The position numbers and the translations under genes are program-made. The notes below the pieces were generated by a model that was not told where the DNA came from, made no database searches, and saw only the letters and a program-made list of their open reading frames with translations. Source: Patescibacteria group bacterium (GTDB taxonomy: Bacteria > Patescibacteriota > Patescibacteriia > JAHIZJ01). From it: 64,000 nt of DNA. Below are positions 39,327 through 49,842 of this stretch, one piece after another. The stretch is taken from contig JAQTMH010000005.1 in the NCBI GenBank assembly GCA_028714495.1, positions 32,840-96,839 on the forward strand. The letters run 5' to 3'. How positions within the stretch are numbered: the stretch's first letter is position 1; each line of letters starts with the position of its first letter.

Positions 39327-40448
39327 CTATAAAAGGCTATACAGCTTTTCCGTTTGCCGGGCGATGGTATGCCAATTAAAATGTTGCAGCACAACCTGGC
39401 GAGCGTGTTTGCCTATTTTTTTCATCTCTTCTGGCCGTTTCAAAAGTTCGGTCAGTTTGATCTGCAAATCCTTGACGTTTTTATTCTTAAAAACATAACC
39501 GATGACTTCCTTATTCACCCGCAAGACCTCAAGGTTTTCAGGAATATTGCTGGCCAATGAGCAACGTCCGAAACCAGCCGCTTCCAGCAAGGCCAGGGGC
39601 AACCCCTCGATTTCAGAGGGCAGGACAAAAAGGTAGGCATTTGAATACAACTCGGCTAACGTTTTTCCACTTTGGAAACCAGTGAATACAATACGCGGAT
39701 CTCCGGCGGCTAATTCCTTTAATTTTTTTACATAGCCGTCAGTATGGGCTGAGTCTCCGGCAATAACCAGGCGCTTTCTGGTGTTCAACCGGCGGTAGGC
39801 CTCAATCAAATAATGAATTCCCTTTGGCGGGATGAGTCGAGCGACTGTGAGAATATATTGATCGGTCATCAAGCCGAATTGCTTGGTAATCACCCGGGCT
39901 TTTTTTGAACGGGTAAATTCTCCCGAGATGCCGTTCGGAATATAGATTGTTTTCTTACCGTATGTTTTAAAACAATATTTCTGTAAAGGCCTCGAAATTG
40001 CGATTGTTTGGTGGGGAAAAGTCACGCAAGCCCATTCACCCAGTCTCAGGACTAAACGGGCAAACCAGCCCCATTTTTGATGCCTACGTTCGATACTGTG
40101 GAAGGTTCCGATCACTTTTACGCTCGGCCGGAATATCCTCGGTAATATTGAGAGTAATGACGGCCCCCCGCTGTGATAGTGTATTATGTCATAATCCTGA
40201 AACATCGCGTGCACCGTGGCAAAAAACGTGTGGCTGATAGCGTCGAAATGCTTTGTCGGCAGACTAGGCAATGAAACCAAACTCACTCCGCGATAATTCT
40301 TTTTTCGGGAGCTGGTATAATTAGGCCGCGTATAGACGGTTACTTTATGTCCGCGTTTCGCCAAACGAACTGCCAATTCTTCAACATGACGTTCAACTCC
40401 GCCATATAGCGCCGGTATTCCTTTTTGGCCAATCATCGCGATTTTCAT
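39327..40448 (-). CDS. Family 4 glycosyltransferase
   Basis: GIPALYGGVE, EGLPLALLEA. Confidence 0.92.
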   Translation of the reverse strand: MKIAMIGQKGIPALYGGVERHVEELAVRLAKRGHKVTVYTRPNYTSSRKKNYRGVSLVSLPSLPTKHFDAISHTFFATVHAMFQDYDIIHYHSGGPSLLSILPRIFRPSVKVIGTFHSIERRHQKWGWFARLVLRLGEWACVTFPHQTIAISRPLQKYCFKTYGKKTIYIPNGISGEFTRSKKARVITKQFGLMTDQYILTVARLIPPKGIHYLIEAYRRLNTRKRLVIAGDSAHTDGYVKKLKELAAGDPRIVFTGFQSGKTLAELYSNAYLFVLPSEIEGLPLALLEAAGFGRCSLASNIPENLEVLRVNKEVIGYVFKNKNVKDLQIKLTELLKRPEEMKKIGKHARQVVLQHFNWHTIARQTEKLYSLL

Positions 40449-40565
40449 GGGCTTATAGATTGGTTATTTAGTAACAGGGCAGCTTAACAGATTTATTTAT
40501 TGCTGTCAAGGATAACCAAAAAACTGCTAGAATATTTTTCTGACAGAGTATTTATATTTTTTTCT

Positions 40566-42038
40566 TTATTCTATAACCAGAGTTTTGCCTTGGCTCAAGG
40601 CCTCAGCCAGAGCCGTTGTCACTGCTGGATATGTTTTTGTTACGCTTTCTTTATTGTAGCTGCCTGATAAATTTGATTCACCTAGCAGTGTTACGTATTT
40701 GCCTATATCCGTCTGATTCGGCTTAAGAGCCAATTCAAAGCTGGCTGAAATTGTCGTTTCGTTAGCTGGCAATATTCCAACAGTCCAGCTAATTATCCTG
40801 CTGGCCTTGTCATAGCTGATATTTTGACCGAAAGAAACCGTACTGTTACCACCCCAGTCAATCGCTTCTGGAAGTACTGCTTTAATAACCAGATTTGAAT
40901 ATTCCTGGTTGTTGTTTCGAATGACCCAGAAAATCCGATAACCGGTTGTTTGCCCGACTTTGGGCGGCAAGGGTCCATAACCGAACTGGGCTCCTGAGGA
41001 ACTATAATAATGTGCTTCAGCGGCAAACTCCAGCTCTTTGACTATATTATCATCAGGTACTATTAGATCTTCAACGCTGGGCGGCTTGGCAATTTTGATA
41101 ACAGCTGTTTCACTGGCTTGAGCAATCCAATTATTATCAATTTTTATCGATACCTCGGCCTTAAAATTTATTTCCTTATCTTTGTTAACCAGGCTTTTAC
41201 CGTCGAGACTCAGCTCCCATTTTCCCTGGACCGGAAAATCCTTTATTATCCAGCTATTTTTTTCCTCGGGTAATTTATTTGATTCGACCAACGTGTATTC
41301 CGCGGGAAATGAAATGATGACTTTTGATTCTGGGATGATAATTTGTCCGGTATTTTCCACGGTCAAAATATTTTGATAAATATCTCCGCTTTCAGCTTCA
41401 GGCAGAGTTTGCCAACTGGCCTTTAAAACCGAACCCGACACTAAATACTCTCGGCGCGCGGTCATGTTCAAAGTTTCTTCCCCGCTTCGGTATTGAACCA
41501 GGGCTTTGACCATCTGCTTTTCTCCAGGCGATGTTATGATCTGCCCTGACAGTGAAATTTCTATCGAATCCCGACCGGCGATTGATCCAATATTCCAATA
41601 ATTATTTTCCTTATTTCCGGCTGCCGGACTAGCCGACTGGAAAATAAATCCCCCGGGATAGGCTAAATCAACAGCCAGGTCTTTTATGGTGCTGTCACCG
41701 GGATTTGTCAGTTTAAGTTTTAAATCTATTATTTCACCGCTTTTAATTGTATCCGCTGATTTGAAATTAATTTCCAGGCTGGGCGCTGGCAATAATTCAC
41801 TCCGAGTGAAATAGTATATGTTAAGACCAATCAGAAAAAATATTATCAATGCCATGGCCGTATCGAAAATTAAATGTCTCGGCCTTCCGGTATAGCGATT
41901 ATGGTATTTGTTGGCTAAGGGTGGCACAAAAATATTTAGGGTCTGGATAAATATTTGCCGGCCGGTTTTTTCTTTTGTTCGGGTAACGATTTCCCCTCGC
42001 ACTGGTACTATTTCTCTCTTTGATTTGTCAAAAGCCAT
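40566..42038 (-). CDS. Membrane-anchored hypothetical protein with Ig-like/DUF11-like domains
   Basis: One TM; repeated L.N.G..WNIG beta-sandwich motifs; GPLPPKVG. Confidence 0.7.
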   Translation of the reverse strand: MAFDKSKREIVPVRGEIVTRTKEKTGRQIFIQTLNIFVPPLANKYHNRYTGRPRHLIFDTAMALIIFFLIGLNIYYFTRSELLPAPSLEINFKSADTIKSGEIIDLKLKLTNPGDSTIKDLAVDLAYPGGFIFQSASPAAGNKENNYWNIGSIAGRDSIEISLSGQIITSPGEKQMVKALVQYRSGEETLNMTARREYLVSGSVLKASWQTLPEAESGDIYQNILTVENTGQIIIPESKVIISFPAEYTLVESNKLPEEKNSWIIKDFPVQGKWELSLDGKSLVNKDKEINFKAEVSIKIDNNWIAQASETAVIKIAKPPSVEDLIVPDDNIVKELEFAAEAHYYSSSGAQFGYGPLPPKVGQTTGYRIFWVIRNNNQEYSNLVIKAVLPEAIDWGGNSTVSFGQNISYDKASRIISWTVGILPANETTISASFELALKPNQTDIGKYVTLLGESNLSGSYNKESVTKTYPAVTTALAEALSQGKTLVIE

Positions 42039-42047
42039 ATAATTAAA

Positions 42048-44105
42048 TTAATAAACAATTTGAGAAGAAGCCAAAATTTCATCTTGACCGTCTTGATTAA
42101 TGTCATTAACGGTTACCAGAATTCCGTTGCGCCAGGTTTTATCAAAGGCGAAAAAGCCTGGAGTTATAGCCTTCCCTTTGTCGTTGAATATTCTGATGTG
42201 GGGACCTCCTCCTGGCCCCGCGCCTGTGACAATTTCGTCTTTCCCGTCGTTATTTATATCGCCCGAAGCCACGCTAACTCCTCCGCGGAATTTCTGATCA
42301 TAGGCGAAAAAGCTGGATATAAGTTTCCCTTCGCCGTTAAAGACTCTGACGTGCGGTCCTCCATGATATCCGGCGCCAGCGATTATCTCGTCTTTTCCGT
42401 CACCATCAATGTCGCCAAGCGCTATATTTACTCCGCCGCGAAAATTCTTAGCGTAGGCAAAAAACCCGGGATTTCTTAATTTTCCCGAAGCATCGAATAT
42501 CCTTATTTGCGGCCCGCCACCCTGGGCCGTTCCGGTAACAATTTCCAAGAGACCGTCGCCATTGAGATCGCCGGCAGCCAGATTGACATTGCGGTTATAA
42601 TTCGCGCCATAGGGATTAAATTCCGCAGTCAAAAATCCTTGGCTGTTATATATTTGCACTTTATTGCCCCGGCCAATCACGGTTTCATTGGCTTGGTCGC
42701 CGTTTAAGTCTTTTTTTATGATTCCGACACCGCCTGGATATTCACTGGTATAGGTAAAAAATCCCTGCCGCAGTGTTTGGCCTGAACCGGCAAAGGCCTT
42801 GGCAAAGGCGCCGTTGATGTATTGCCCGCTGGCAATTTGAAATTGCCTCTTCAAGAGGATAATTCCGTCATGACCCGAGAGCGTTACGGATGACACAACC
42901 TCTCCGGAATTAACCGGTGACTGCGTCCCCAATAATTTTTCATAACCTTCCCCCAAATCAACAGTTTGTTTGCTGCTGGTTGAATTTACTAAAACAATAC
43001 CGTTTTCGAAATCCCTGCGCCAGACTCCCTCAGCCACCCCGGATGATTTCGGGGAAGTTGTATTTGAAGCTTCAGTCACGGGATCGCCCAAATAGACGTC
43101 GTATTCGTCATACCACCAGGTGTCAGAATGCCGTAGGGCTCCGTAATCAAAGCTGGCAAAGCCGTTGTCTAAAAGCGTGCTAGTTAGAATATACCGCAAA
43201 GAACGGTAATCATCGGCTGTCCCGGTCGAAGATTTTCCGTTAATAATAACAACCTGCGGCGATTTCCCCTGATTCATAAAGTCGAAATATTTATGCATTG
43301 CTCCGGACCAGCCGCCGTCCAGGGCTGAAGGAAATTCTTCGATAAATCTTCCGTTGAGCGAATCGTAATATTCACCTCCTCCATTACCAACGATAATCGC
43401 GTCTTGGCCCTCATAGCTTCTAGAGATCTCCAGCATTTCAGTCATGCCGTCGTGCCAGGCCTGATTAAGCTGATCCGCAGTTTCAGCCACGCCGTCACGA
43501 TTTAAATCTAGATTGCCGCTATTCAGCCAAGCAACGTCATTCCAGACATTATCGTAAAATATCCCGTCCCAAAAACCAGTTGACATCACTTTATCATGCA
43601 TGAACCGCGGCAAATATGAAAGCCACTGTTCGCCATTGCTCAAAGGGGCGGTATTAGTTACGTTCAGCATCTTTGTGCCTGGCCAAAAAGTCACATTTCC
43701 ACCCTGACTATCAAATAGCCACCAGCCGTCTGATATCCCACTGCCCAATTGGCAGAGTGGGTGCTGGGCATCCGTAATTGTCATATGGCTATCCGGAAAT
43801 TCTTGTGACAAAACATAAGCCAAAATAATGATGTCCGGATTTAGCTCCCGCATCAATCTCAAGCTGTCTGGACTCGTGTATTGCAGCTCAATACCCAGAA
43901 CAACAGCATCCCAACGTGATAAGCTTCGAGCTTCTTCGGTGGATAAATTTGAGGTGTGATATACATTGGCCAGCCTGGGAAAATCGGCTGAAATTGTCCG
44001 CGCCGCCGTTGTCTTCGGCTTGAAACACAACAGCACCAGTAAAACCATAAAGGCCAATTGCGAAATTACCAATAATTTATTTCTTTTCTGAAATAAGAAT
44101 TTCAT
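42048..44105 (-). CDS. Secreted putative glycoside hydrolase (TIM-barrel, GHL15-like) with FG-GAP repeats
   Basis: PRLAN, WDGIFYDN, WWYDEY; C-terminal GDxxGDGxDEIxxGAGxGGGPH repeats. Confidence 0.75.
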   Translation of the reverse strand: MKFLFQKRNKLLVISQLAFMVLLVLLCFKPKTTAARTISADFPRLANVYHTSNLSTEEARSLSRWDAVVLGIELQYTSPDSLRLMRELNPDIIILAYVLSQEFPDSHMTITDAQHPLCQLGSGISDGWWLFDSQGGNVTFWPGTKMLNVTNTAPLSNGEQWLSYLPRFMHDKVMSTGFWDGIFYDNVWNDVAWLNSGNLDLNRDGVAETADQLNQAWHDGMTEMLEISRSYEGQDAIIVGNGGGEYYDSLNGRFIEEFPSALDGGWSGAMHKYFDFMNQGKSPQVVIINGKSSTGTADDYRSLRYILTSTLLDNGFASFDYGALRHSDTWWYDEYDVYLGDPVTEASNTTSPKSSGVAEGVWRRDFENGIVLVNSTSSKQTVDLGEGYEKLLGTQSPVNSGEVVSSVTLSGHDGIILLKRQFQIASGQYINGAFAKAFAGSGQTLRQGFFTYTSEYPGGVGIIKKDLNGDQANETVIGRGNKVQIYNSQGFLTAEFNPYGANYNRNVNLAAGDLNGDGLLEIVTGTAQGGGPQIRIFDASGKLRNPGFFAYAKNFRGGVNIALGDIDGDGKDEIIAGAGYHGGPHVRVFNGEGKLISSFFAYDQKFRGGVSVASGDINNDGKDEIVTGAGPGGGPHIRIFNDKGKAITPGFFAFDKTWRNGILVTVNDINQDGQDEILASSQIVY

Positions 44106-45297
44106 AATATCGCATCAGTTTTTGATAATAAATTTCCGGGCTGAACCGCTGAACGAACTTATAACCGGCCTCACCCATTTTCAGAGCCTGATTTTTATCT
44201 AAATACATCAGCTCAATCTTGCGTCGCAAATCCTCGACTGAACCTGCCTCGACTAAGAACCCGGTTTCGCCGTCGCGGATCAATTCGGGTATACCGCCAA
44301 GGCGCGTCCCAATCACCGGCTTTTTGTATGAATAAGCCTCTAATATTACCAGGGGGCAATTTTCATACCACTGGGCCGGCAAAACCGTGGCTCGCGATTC
44401 GCCAATTAACCGCCCAAGCTCTGAGCCGGTGGCGAACCCAGAAAATTCAACATTTGAAATATTTTCTTTTTTGGCCTTTTCTTTCAAAAGCTTCTCCTCG
44501 GGACCGCTGCCAACGATTTTTAGCTTAACGGGTAAATCCTTGACGGCGTCCAGCAATAGGCTGACGCCTTTTTCCTCTGACAATCGGCCATAGTAGAGGA
44601 GGTAATCTCCGGTTTCATACGCGGGATGGTTTTCCAGCTTGATAAAATTTGCCAGATGATTGATTTCGATCACCGGCAGATCCCACTCGCGCACCTTTTT
44701 TATCAAAAATTGGCTTGGGCTGATGAATAAATCCACGTTGTCCTCATAGATCCGTAGCATCTTATGAAAATACATTTCAAAAGCCGCCAAGAATGAGGCC
44801 ACGTAAGAATTTTTTACGCAACGATGAAAAGCGCAGGCAAAATAGTTATAGCCCTTGCTCCGCTCGCAAATCTGGCCGTGGCTGTACATGGAATAATGCG
44901 GGCAGAGCAACTTGTAATCGTGAAGCGTCTGGACTACCGGAATATTCCGACGTTTTAATACGGACAAAATTGATGGTGAAATTTGATGATAAATATTGTG
45001 AATATGGCAAATATCAGGTCTTTCTTCCTTGATTAATCGGCCCAGTTTTCGGCGGGCCTCAAATGAATAAAACATCCGAGCGGCCGTCCTCAAACCCTGC
45101 CAGTCCCAGCGAACTTTTTCGAAATCAACCTTTGAAACAAAGTATTTGGAATAAGGCGAGGGCAAATTATTTTCGTGCTGCATCGAGAAGACCACGACTT
45201 GGTGGCCGTGCCTTTCCAGCATTTCCTTCAAATCAAAAAATTGCTTTTCCGCTCCGCCCTTCAGGAAGTAAAATTTATTGATCAGCAATACCTTCAT
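44077..45297 (-). CDS. Family 4 glycosyltransferase
   Basis: GGAE, TLHDYKLLCP, GRLSEEKG, ENCPLVILEA. Confidence 0.92.
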   Translation of the reverse strand: MKVLLINKFYFLKGGAEKQFFDLKEMLERHGHQVVVFSMQHENNLPSPYSKYFVSKVDFEKVRWDWQGLRTAARMFYSFEARRKLGRLIKEERPDICHIHNIYHQISPSILSVLKRRNIPVVQTLHDYKLLCPHYSMYSHGQICERSKGYNYFACAFHRCVKNSYVASFLAAFEMYFHKMLRIYEDNVDLFISPSQFLIKKVREWDLPVIEINHLANFIKLENHPAYETGDYLLYYGRLSEEKGVSLLLDAVKDLPVKLKIVGSGPEEKLLKEKAKKENISNVEFSGFATGSELGRLIGESRATVLPAQWYENCPLVILEAYSYKKPVIGTRLGGIPELIRDGETGFLVEAGSVEDLRRKIELMYLDKNQALKMGEAGYKFVQRFSPEIYYQKLMRYYEILISEKK

Positions 45298-45455
45298 ATC
45301 TATATCTTAACATTTGTTTAACAAAAGAGTATAGCAGATAATTTGGCCTTTGTCAATCCGTATCATATCAACGCTTGACATATCGGGTAGATAGTGTATA
45401 TTTATACGTTCGGTAGCTGTCAGCAAATTCAAAACCTATAAAGGGAGAGTGGCCA

Positions 45456-46661
45456 ATGAGAAAGATGTGTTGGTTGGTTTGCCTGTTCGCCGGCATCATG
45501 TTGGTTTCTACGGGTTGCGCTCCTGGACCCAGGGTCCTGACGAGACAATACCCAAGGCTGGCCAACATTTACCTGACGAACTCTCTGACCGATGAGCAGG
45601 CTCGAGCCCTAGCCCGTTACGATCTGGTGGTGCTGGGACTCGAAAACCAGCACAACAATCCGAAGCCGCTTCAGCTGATCCGCCAGACTAACCCCGACTG
45701 CCGCCTGATCGCCTACGTCTCGACTAACGAGTTTCCTGAAGGAAGCTACGCGAAGAACGAGGATGCCAAAGGTCCTTGGCATGATCTGAGAACGCGTTTC
45801 CGGGAACGCCACTTTCTTTGCGCACCCAACGGCGAGTATGCGTCCTTCTGGCCGGGCACCAAGCCCTACAACTTCACCCTGCCGGAAATCGCCGACACGC
45901 TCGTGAACTTCGTCAGCGAGGAATTCGATTGGCGCATTTGGAATGGGGTTTTCTGGGACAATGTCTGGTCGGATGTCTCCTGGTACAATAACGGCCAGGT
46001 CGACGCCGACCTTGACGGAAAACCCGACAACATGACCGTGTTCAACTCACGATGGATTTACAACCTGAACCGTCTTATGGGTCTGAGCCGCTATCGTCTC
46101 GGCCCCGAACGTCTCGTCGTCGCCAACGAGAGCCTAGACAACATGGGCCAGTGGCTGATTAACGGCCGGCTGTTCGAGGGTTTTCCTAATACCCTCGGCG
46201 ACAGATCGGCCGAAGGTCTTGAGCATCTGCTTGACCTCTACAAGAAGTTCTCGCGCGACACCTGTTCACCCTCCCTGACCATCGTTCACACCGAGGCCAA
46301 TCCAACTGATAGCACCGCGGTTCTCTTCGGCCTGACATTCGCGCTTCTCAGTGATGGCTACTTCGCCGTCGACCACGGCCCGAATCAATCGGATATCCCA
46401 GGTGATACCGGATGGCACGACCGTCTCTGGTGGTATGACGAATACTACCAAGACATCGGATTGCCGCTGGAGGATTCCTACTGTCAGGGATCGCATGTCT
46501 GGACGCGCGAATTCCAGAAAGCAGTGGTTATCTGGAATCCCAATTACTTCGCAATCGACGCGAAGTTCTCGCTCCTTGACGGCAGCTCTATCGCTGTCAC
46601 CGTCGCACAACGTACGGGTCTGATCTACAAAAAGTCACTTATGCCCGGTTCACGCCAGTGA
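45456..46661 (+). CDS. Putative glycoside hydrolase lipoprotein (GHL15-like), GC-rich
   Basis: Lipobox STGC; shares PRLAN, FWPGTK, DNVW, NGR..E.FP and WWYDEY with 42048-44105. Confidence 0.75.
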   Translation: MRKMCWLVCLFAGIMLVSTGCAPGPRVLTRQYPRLANIYLTNSLTDEQARALARYDLVVLGLENQHNNPKPLQLIRQTNPDCRLIAYVSTNEFPEGSYAKNEDAKGPWHDLRTRFRERHFLCAPNGEYASFWPGTKPYNFTLPEIADTLVNFVSEEFDWRIWNGVFWDNVWSDVSWYNNGQVDADLDGKPDNMTVFNSRWIYNLNRLMGLSRYRLGPERLVVANESLDNMGQWLINGRLFEGFPNTLGDRSAEGLEHLLDLYKKFSRDTCSPSLTIVHTEANPTDSTAVLFGLTFALLSDGYFAVDHGPNQSDIPGDTGWHDRLWWYDEYYQDIGLPLEDSYCQGSHVWTREFQKAVVIWNPNYFAIDAKFSLLDGSSIAVTVAQRTGLIYKKSLMPGSRQ

Positions 46662-46750
46662 GCCGGGTTTTCTTATTACCGAAGAATTGACAAAAAATGT
46701 CTCTTTATAGTACCATACTCAGATTAATGATTTTGAGGTACAATATCCTT

Positions 46751-47956
46751 ATGCGAATAGCCTTTCTTGCCCACAGCTTTCCCTACCCCGCGGAAAAGGA
46801 CGGGCACACCTTAATTCTCTATCATTTACTCAAGGAACTCTCCCAAAGGCATAAGATTACCTTGTTTTGTTTTGGCGATAAAAATGATCGGATCAACATA
46901 AAGTGTCTCACTGAATTTGGTGTTTGCGTAAGAATAATTGAGCGGCCAAAACGTTCCTTGTTCCTCTATTACCTCTCAAAAATTTCCAGAAAAATGGCTT
47001 GGTTTCAGTATCGTCTATTCACCAATGAGATGGTAAAAGAGGTTGAGACAATTGATAATTGCCCGGATTTTGATTTGGTCTGCGTCCATTCTCCCTTTGT
47101 CTCCGCCTATCTCCAATATTTCAAGCATAAACCCGTGGTGTTTACCTACATCGACGCCCTCTCATCTTGGTACCAGCAATTCGCCTCAGTGACCGCTAAC
47201 CCGCTAAAAAAAGTACACTATCTGTTTGAGGGCCATAAGGCCAGTCATTTGGAACGTGAACTATCAAAAAAGATGTTTGATACAATCGTCGTCTCAGAAA
47301 TTGATAAAAAAATAATTTCCTGTCTTTCTCCAGAAGCGCCAATATCAGTTATCCCAAACGGGGTTGATCTTGATTATTACCGGCCCAGCCTCACCCCGCC
47401 GGATCCAAACGTGATAATTTTCACTGGGACAATGGATTATCCGCCCAATGCCAGAGCGGTCCTCGATTTTTATAATGAGGTCTGGCCCCTTTTGATTAAG
47501 GAACGTCCTGAATTGCGCTGGCTGATTGTTGGCAAAAATCCCACGCTGGATGTTTTCGAGCTGCAGTCGAAAGACGAAAATATCAAGGTTACCGGTTACG
47601 TCAAGGATATCCGTCCATGTCTCTGGCGTTCGGCAGTTTACGTGTCACCGCTTTCCTTGGGCACCGGCTTTAAGAATAAAATCATCGAAGCCATGGCTTG
47701 CGGAAAGGCCATAGTTGCCAGTCCGACCAGTCTTTCAGGCTTAACCGCTGAACATGGAAAACACCTCCTCATTGCCAACACCCCCCAGGAATATCGAGAG
47801 CATATTATAGCTCTTCTGGCTAAACCCGACCGGCGGCAGAAACTGGAAATCGCCGCTCGAAAACTCGCCGAACTATTCAGCTGGTCCCAAACCGCCCGAC
47901 AGTATGAAGAGGTCTTTACCCGGGTTTTATCGCGTCACCATGACTCAAAAAAATAA
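46751..47956 (+). CDS. Family 4 glycosyltransferase
   Basis: IPNGVD, FTGTMDYPPN, GFKNKIIEAMA. Confidence 0.9.
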   Translation: MRIAFLAHSFPYPAEKDGHTLILYHLLKELSQRHKITLFCFGDKNDRINIKCLTEFGVCVRIIERPKRSLFLYYLSKISRKMAWFQYRLFTNEMVKEVETIDNCPDFDLVCVHSPFVSAYLQYFKHKPVVFTYIDALSSWYQQFASVTANPLKKVHYLFEGHKASHLERELSKKMFDTIVVSEIDKKIISCLSPEAPISVIPNGVDLDYYRPSLTPPDPNVIIFTGTMDYPPNARAVLDFYNEVWPLLIKERPELRWLIVGKNPTLDVFELQSKDENIKVTGYVKDIRPCLWRSAVYVSPLSLGTGFKNKIIEAMACGKAIVASPTSLSGLTAEHGKHLLIANTPQEYREHIIALLAKPDRRQKLEIAARKLAELFSWSQTARQYEEVFTRVLSRHHDSKK

Positions 47957-49310
47957 CTCTTGGCCTTTAATTATCTTCTCGGCGTTGGTGCTGGTGCCAC
48001 TTCTCTATTTTTTGATTTTTACTAATCCCAGCTGGATTCAAATCGCCCAAATCGCCGTCCTGATCGTAATCCTGCCAATTTTCTTTTGGTATGAAGAGCT
48101 GGGCTTTTTCGCCTTGATAGTGCTTCGACCCGCCCTTGATGTTTTCAGCGAAAACGTCCTGGTTAAGATTGGCCAGTTTCCCTTAAACCTCTCGTCGGTT
48201 GTCAGCTTGATTACCATTGGCTGGGCAGCCTGGTATTTCCTGCGCCATCGGGTCAAAATCTGGAAGCAGCCCCTATTCTGGCCGTTCGCTATTTTCGCCC
48301 TGCTGGGTGTTATTTCTTTTGTCTATACCGAGTCCCTAAGCGCTACCCTGAGGGAAGTCTTGCGCCTGGGCAGCATTCTCTTTTTATTCCTTATGGCTGG
48401 CAATATTCTCGACAGCCGAGAAAAATTTCAGCGCCTAATCAAATCAATCGGCCTTTCTCTGATTATTCCGCTGCTGGTCGGAACTTATCAGCTATTCAGC
48501 AATACGGGCCTGAGCTTTGCCGGAGTAAATAACCGGATCTATGGCACTTTCGGCCATCCCAACGCCCTGGCTTTTTACCTGGTTTTATCGCTCGGTTTGT
48601 TTATTTCCTACTATTTTCAAGAAAAGACCAAAAAATCAAAGTGGTTCCTGGCCGGCCTGGGCATGATGTTTCTTTTTTTACTCCTGACTTATACTCGCGG
48701 CGCCTGGATTGGCTTTCTTATTTTTTTAATGATTCTGGGTTTTATGCGCTTCCGAAAAATCGTCATCGCCCTTGTCATAGCCGCGATTTTATTGATCACC
48801 ACCGGACCAATAATCGACCACTTTACTTTCAATCAATATAATTTTTCTTTTACCTCTATCCCGGTTATTAAACGGTTGACTGACGAAACATCTGATGAGA
48901 GTTCGATTGACTGGCGGCTGAAAGTCTGGAGCGATATGAGCCGCAAAATTACCGAGCGTCCTCTTTTCGGCTATGGCCTGGGCGCGTTTCCGGTCATCCG
49001 GGAGCAATCGGTCAAAGGCTTTTTTGAAAGCACCGAGGCTCATAACGATTACCTGCGCCTGGCTATTGAACTTGGGTTTGTCGGCTTGTTTTTCTATGTA
49101 CTGCTCCTGGGAAAATTACTATATAATTTAGTTCGTAATTATCGAGTGAGCCATGATTTATCACAGAAATCCTGGATTTTGGGCGGGATTGCTTTAACCA
49201 TAGCTTTTGCCGCGATGAGCTTTTTTGATAATCTTTTACAAGGTACGGCTGTTATGTGGGCTTTTTGGTCTACTATGGCCGTGATCCAGAAATTACCATC
49301 ATTGAAATAG
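47940..49310 (+). CDS. O-antigen ligase/Wzy-like membrane protein
   Basis: RIYGTFGHPN, TYTRGAW, GYGLG, AHNDYL..E.G. Confidence 0.9.
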   Translation: MTQKNNSWPLIIFSALVLVPLLYFLIFTNPSWIQIAQIAVLIVILPIFFWYEELGFFALIVLRPALDVFSENVLVKIGQFPLNLSSVVSLITIGWAAWYFLRHRVKIWKQPLFWPFAIFALLGVISFVYTESLSATLREVLRLGSILFLFLMAGNILDSREKFQRLIKSIGLSLIIPLLVGTYQLFSNTGLSFAGVNNRIYGTFGHPNALAFYLVLSLGLFISYYFQEKTKKSKWFLAGLGMMFLFLLLTYTRGAWIGFLIFLMILGFMRFRKIVIALVIAAILLITTGPIIDHFTFNQYNFSFTSIPVIKRLTDETSDESSIDWRLKVWSDMSRKITERPLFGYGLGAFPVIREQSVKGFFESTEAHNDYLRLAIELGFVGLFFYVLLLGKLLYNLVRNYRVSHDLSQKSWILGGIALTIAFAAMSFFDNLLQGTAVMWAFWSTMAVIQKLPSLK

Positions 49311-49345
49311 CCTATTTTCATTTTTTTGGCAATATCGAAAACAGA

Positions 49346-49459
49346 AATTAAAAATGTAAAATTCAAAATGAAAAATTATTGTATCCCGCCTTTCGACTCC
49401 GCTCGAGGCGGGCTATTTGTCATTGCCTAAAGATAAAATAGGTAATGCATTTTGAATTT
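49346..49459. repeat. Gene-less copy of the AT-rich inverted-repeat element with internal GC hairpin
   Basis: AATTAAAAATGTAAAATTCAAAA (49346-49368) identical to 61758-61780; CCCGCC..GGCGGG hairpin; CATTTTGAATTT right arm. Confidence 0.7.
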
Positions 49460-49771
49460 CTTCAAAAGACCAAACTTAAGTTCTGGTTGAGAAGGCTTTA
49501 GCCTGGGTGGGAATTACTTGTCCTTAACCTTGATATTAATAAAACTCCCAGAGCCACTGTGCTCTGGAATTGAATAACGTTTTTAATGGTAATAAGGGCC
49601 TTACCCGCCTACGGTTAGTATTTAATTTAGCCTTTTATTCATTGCTCCATCCGACTATTACCAACTAGGTAATATCAGGGGCCTACGGCGGGTTATTTGC
49701 AGCGGTTACGATATGGTGAATACTGAATAGATTATCTTTGTTGGCGATATGATTGTTTTGTGGAAGCAAAT

Positions 49772-49816
49772 AAAAAAAGAGCCCGTTCGTTTCGAGATGA
49801 AACTACTAGGGCTCTT
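49772..49816 (-). terminator. Intrinsic terminator of the GC-rich island
   Basis: AAGAGCCC/GGGCTCTT stem followed by a T run on the minus strand. Confidence 0.7.
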
Positions 49817-49842
49817 CGAAAGAGCTGCTGAACTCGGCCTCG

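Noticed and set aside
42060-42720. Tandem DNA repeats or DGR variable region
   Set aside because: Explained by FG-GAP protein repeats; no adenine-specific template/variable pair and no reverse transcriptase
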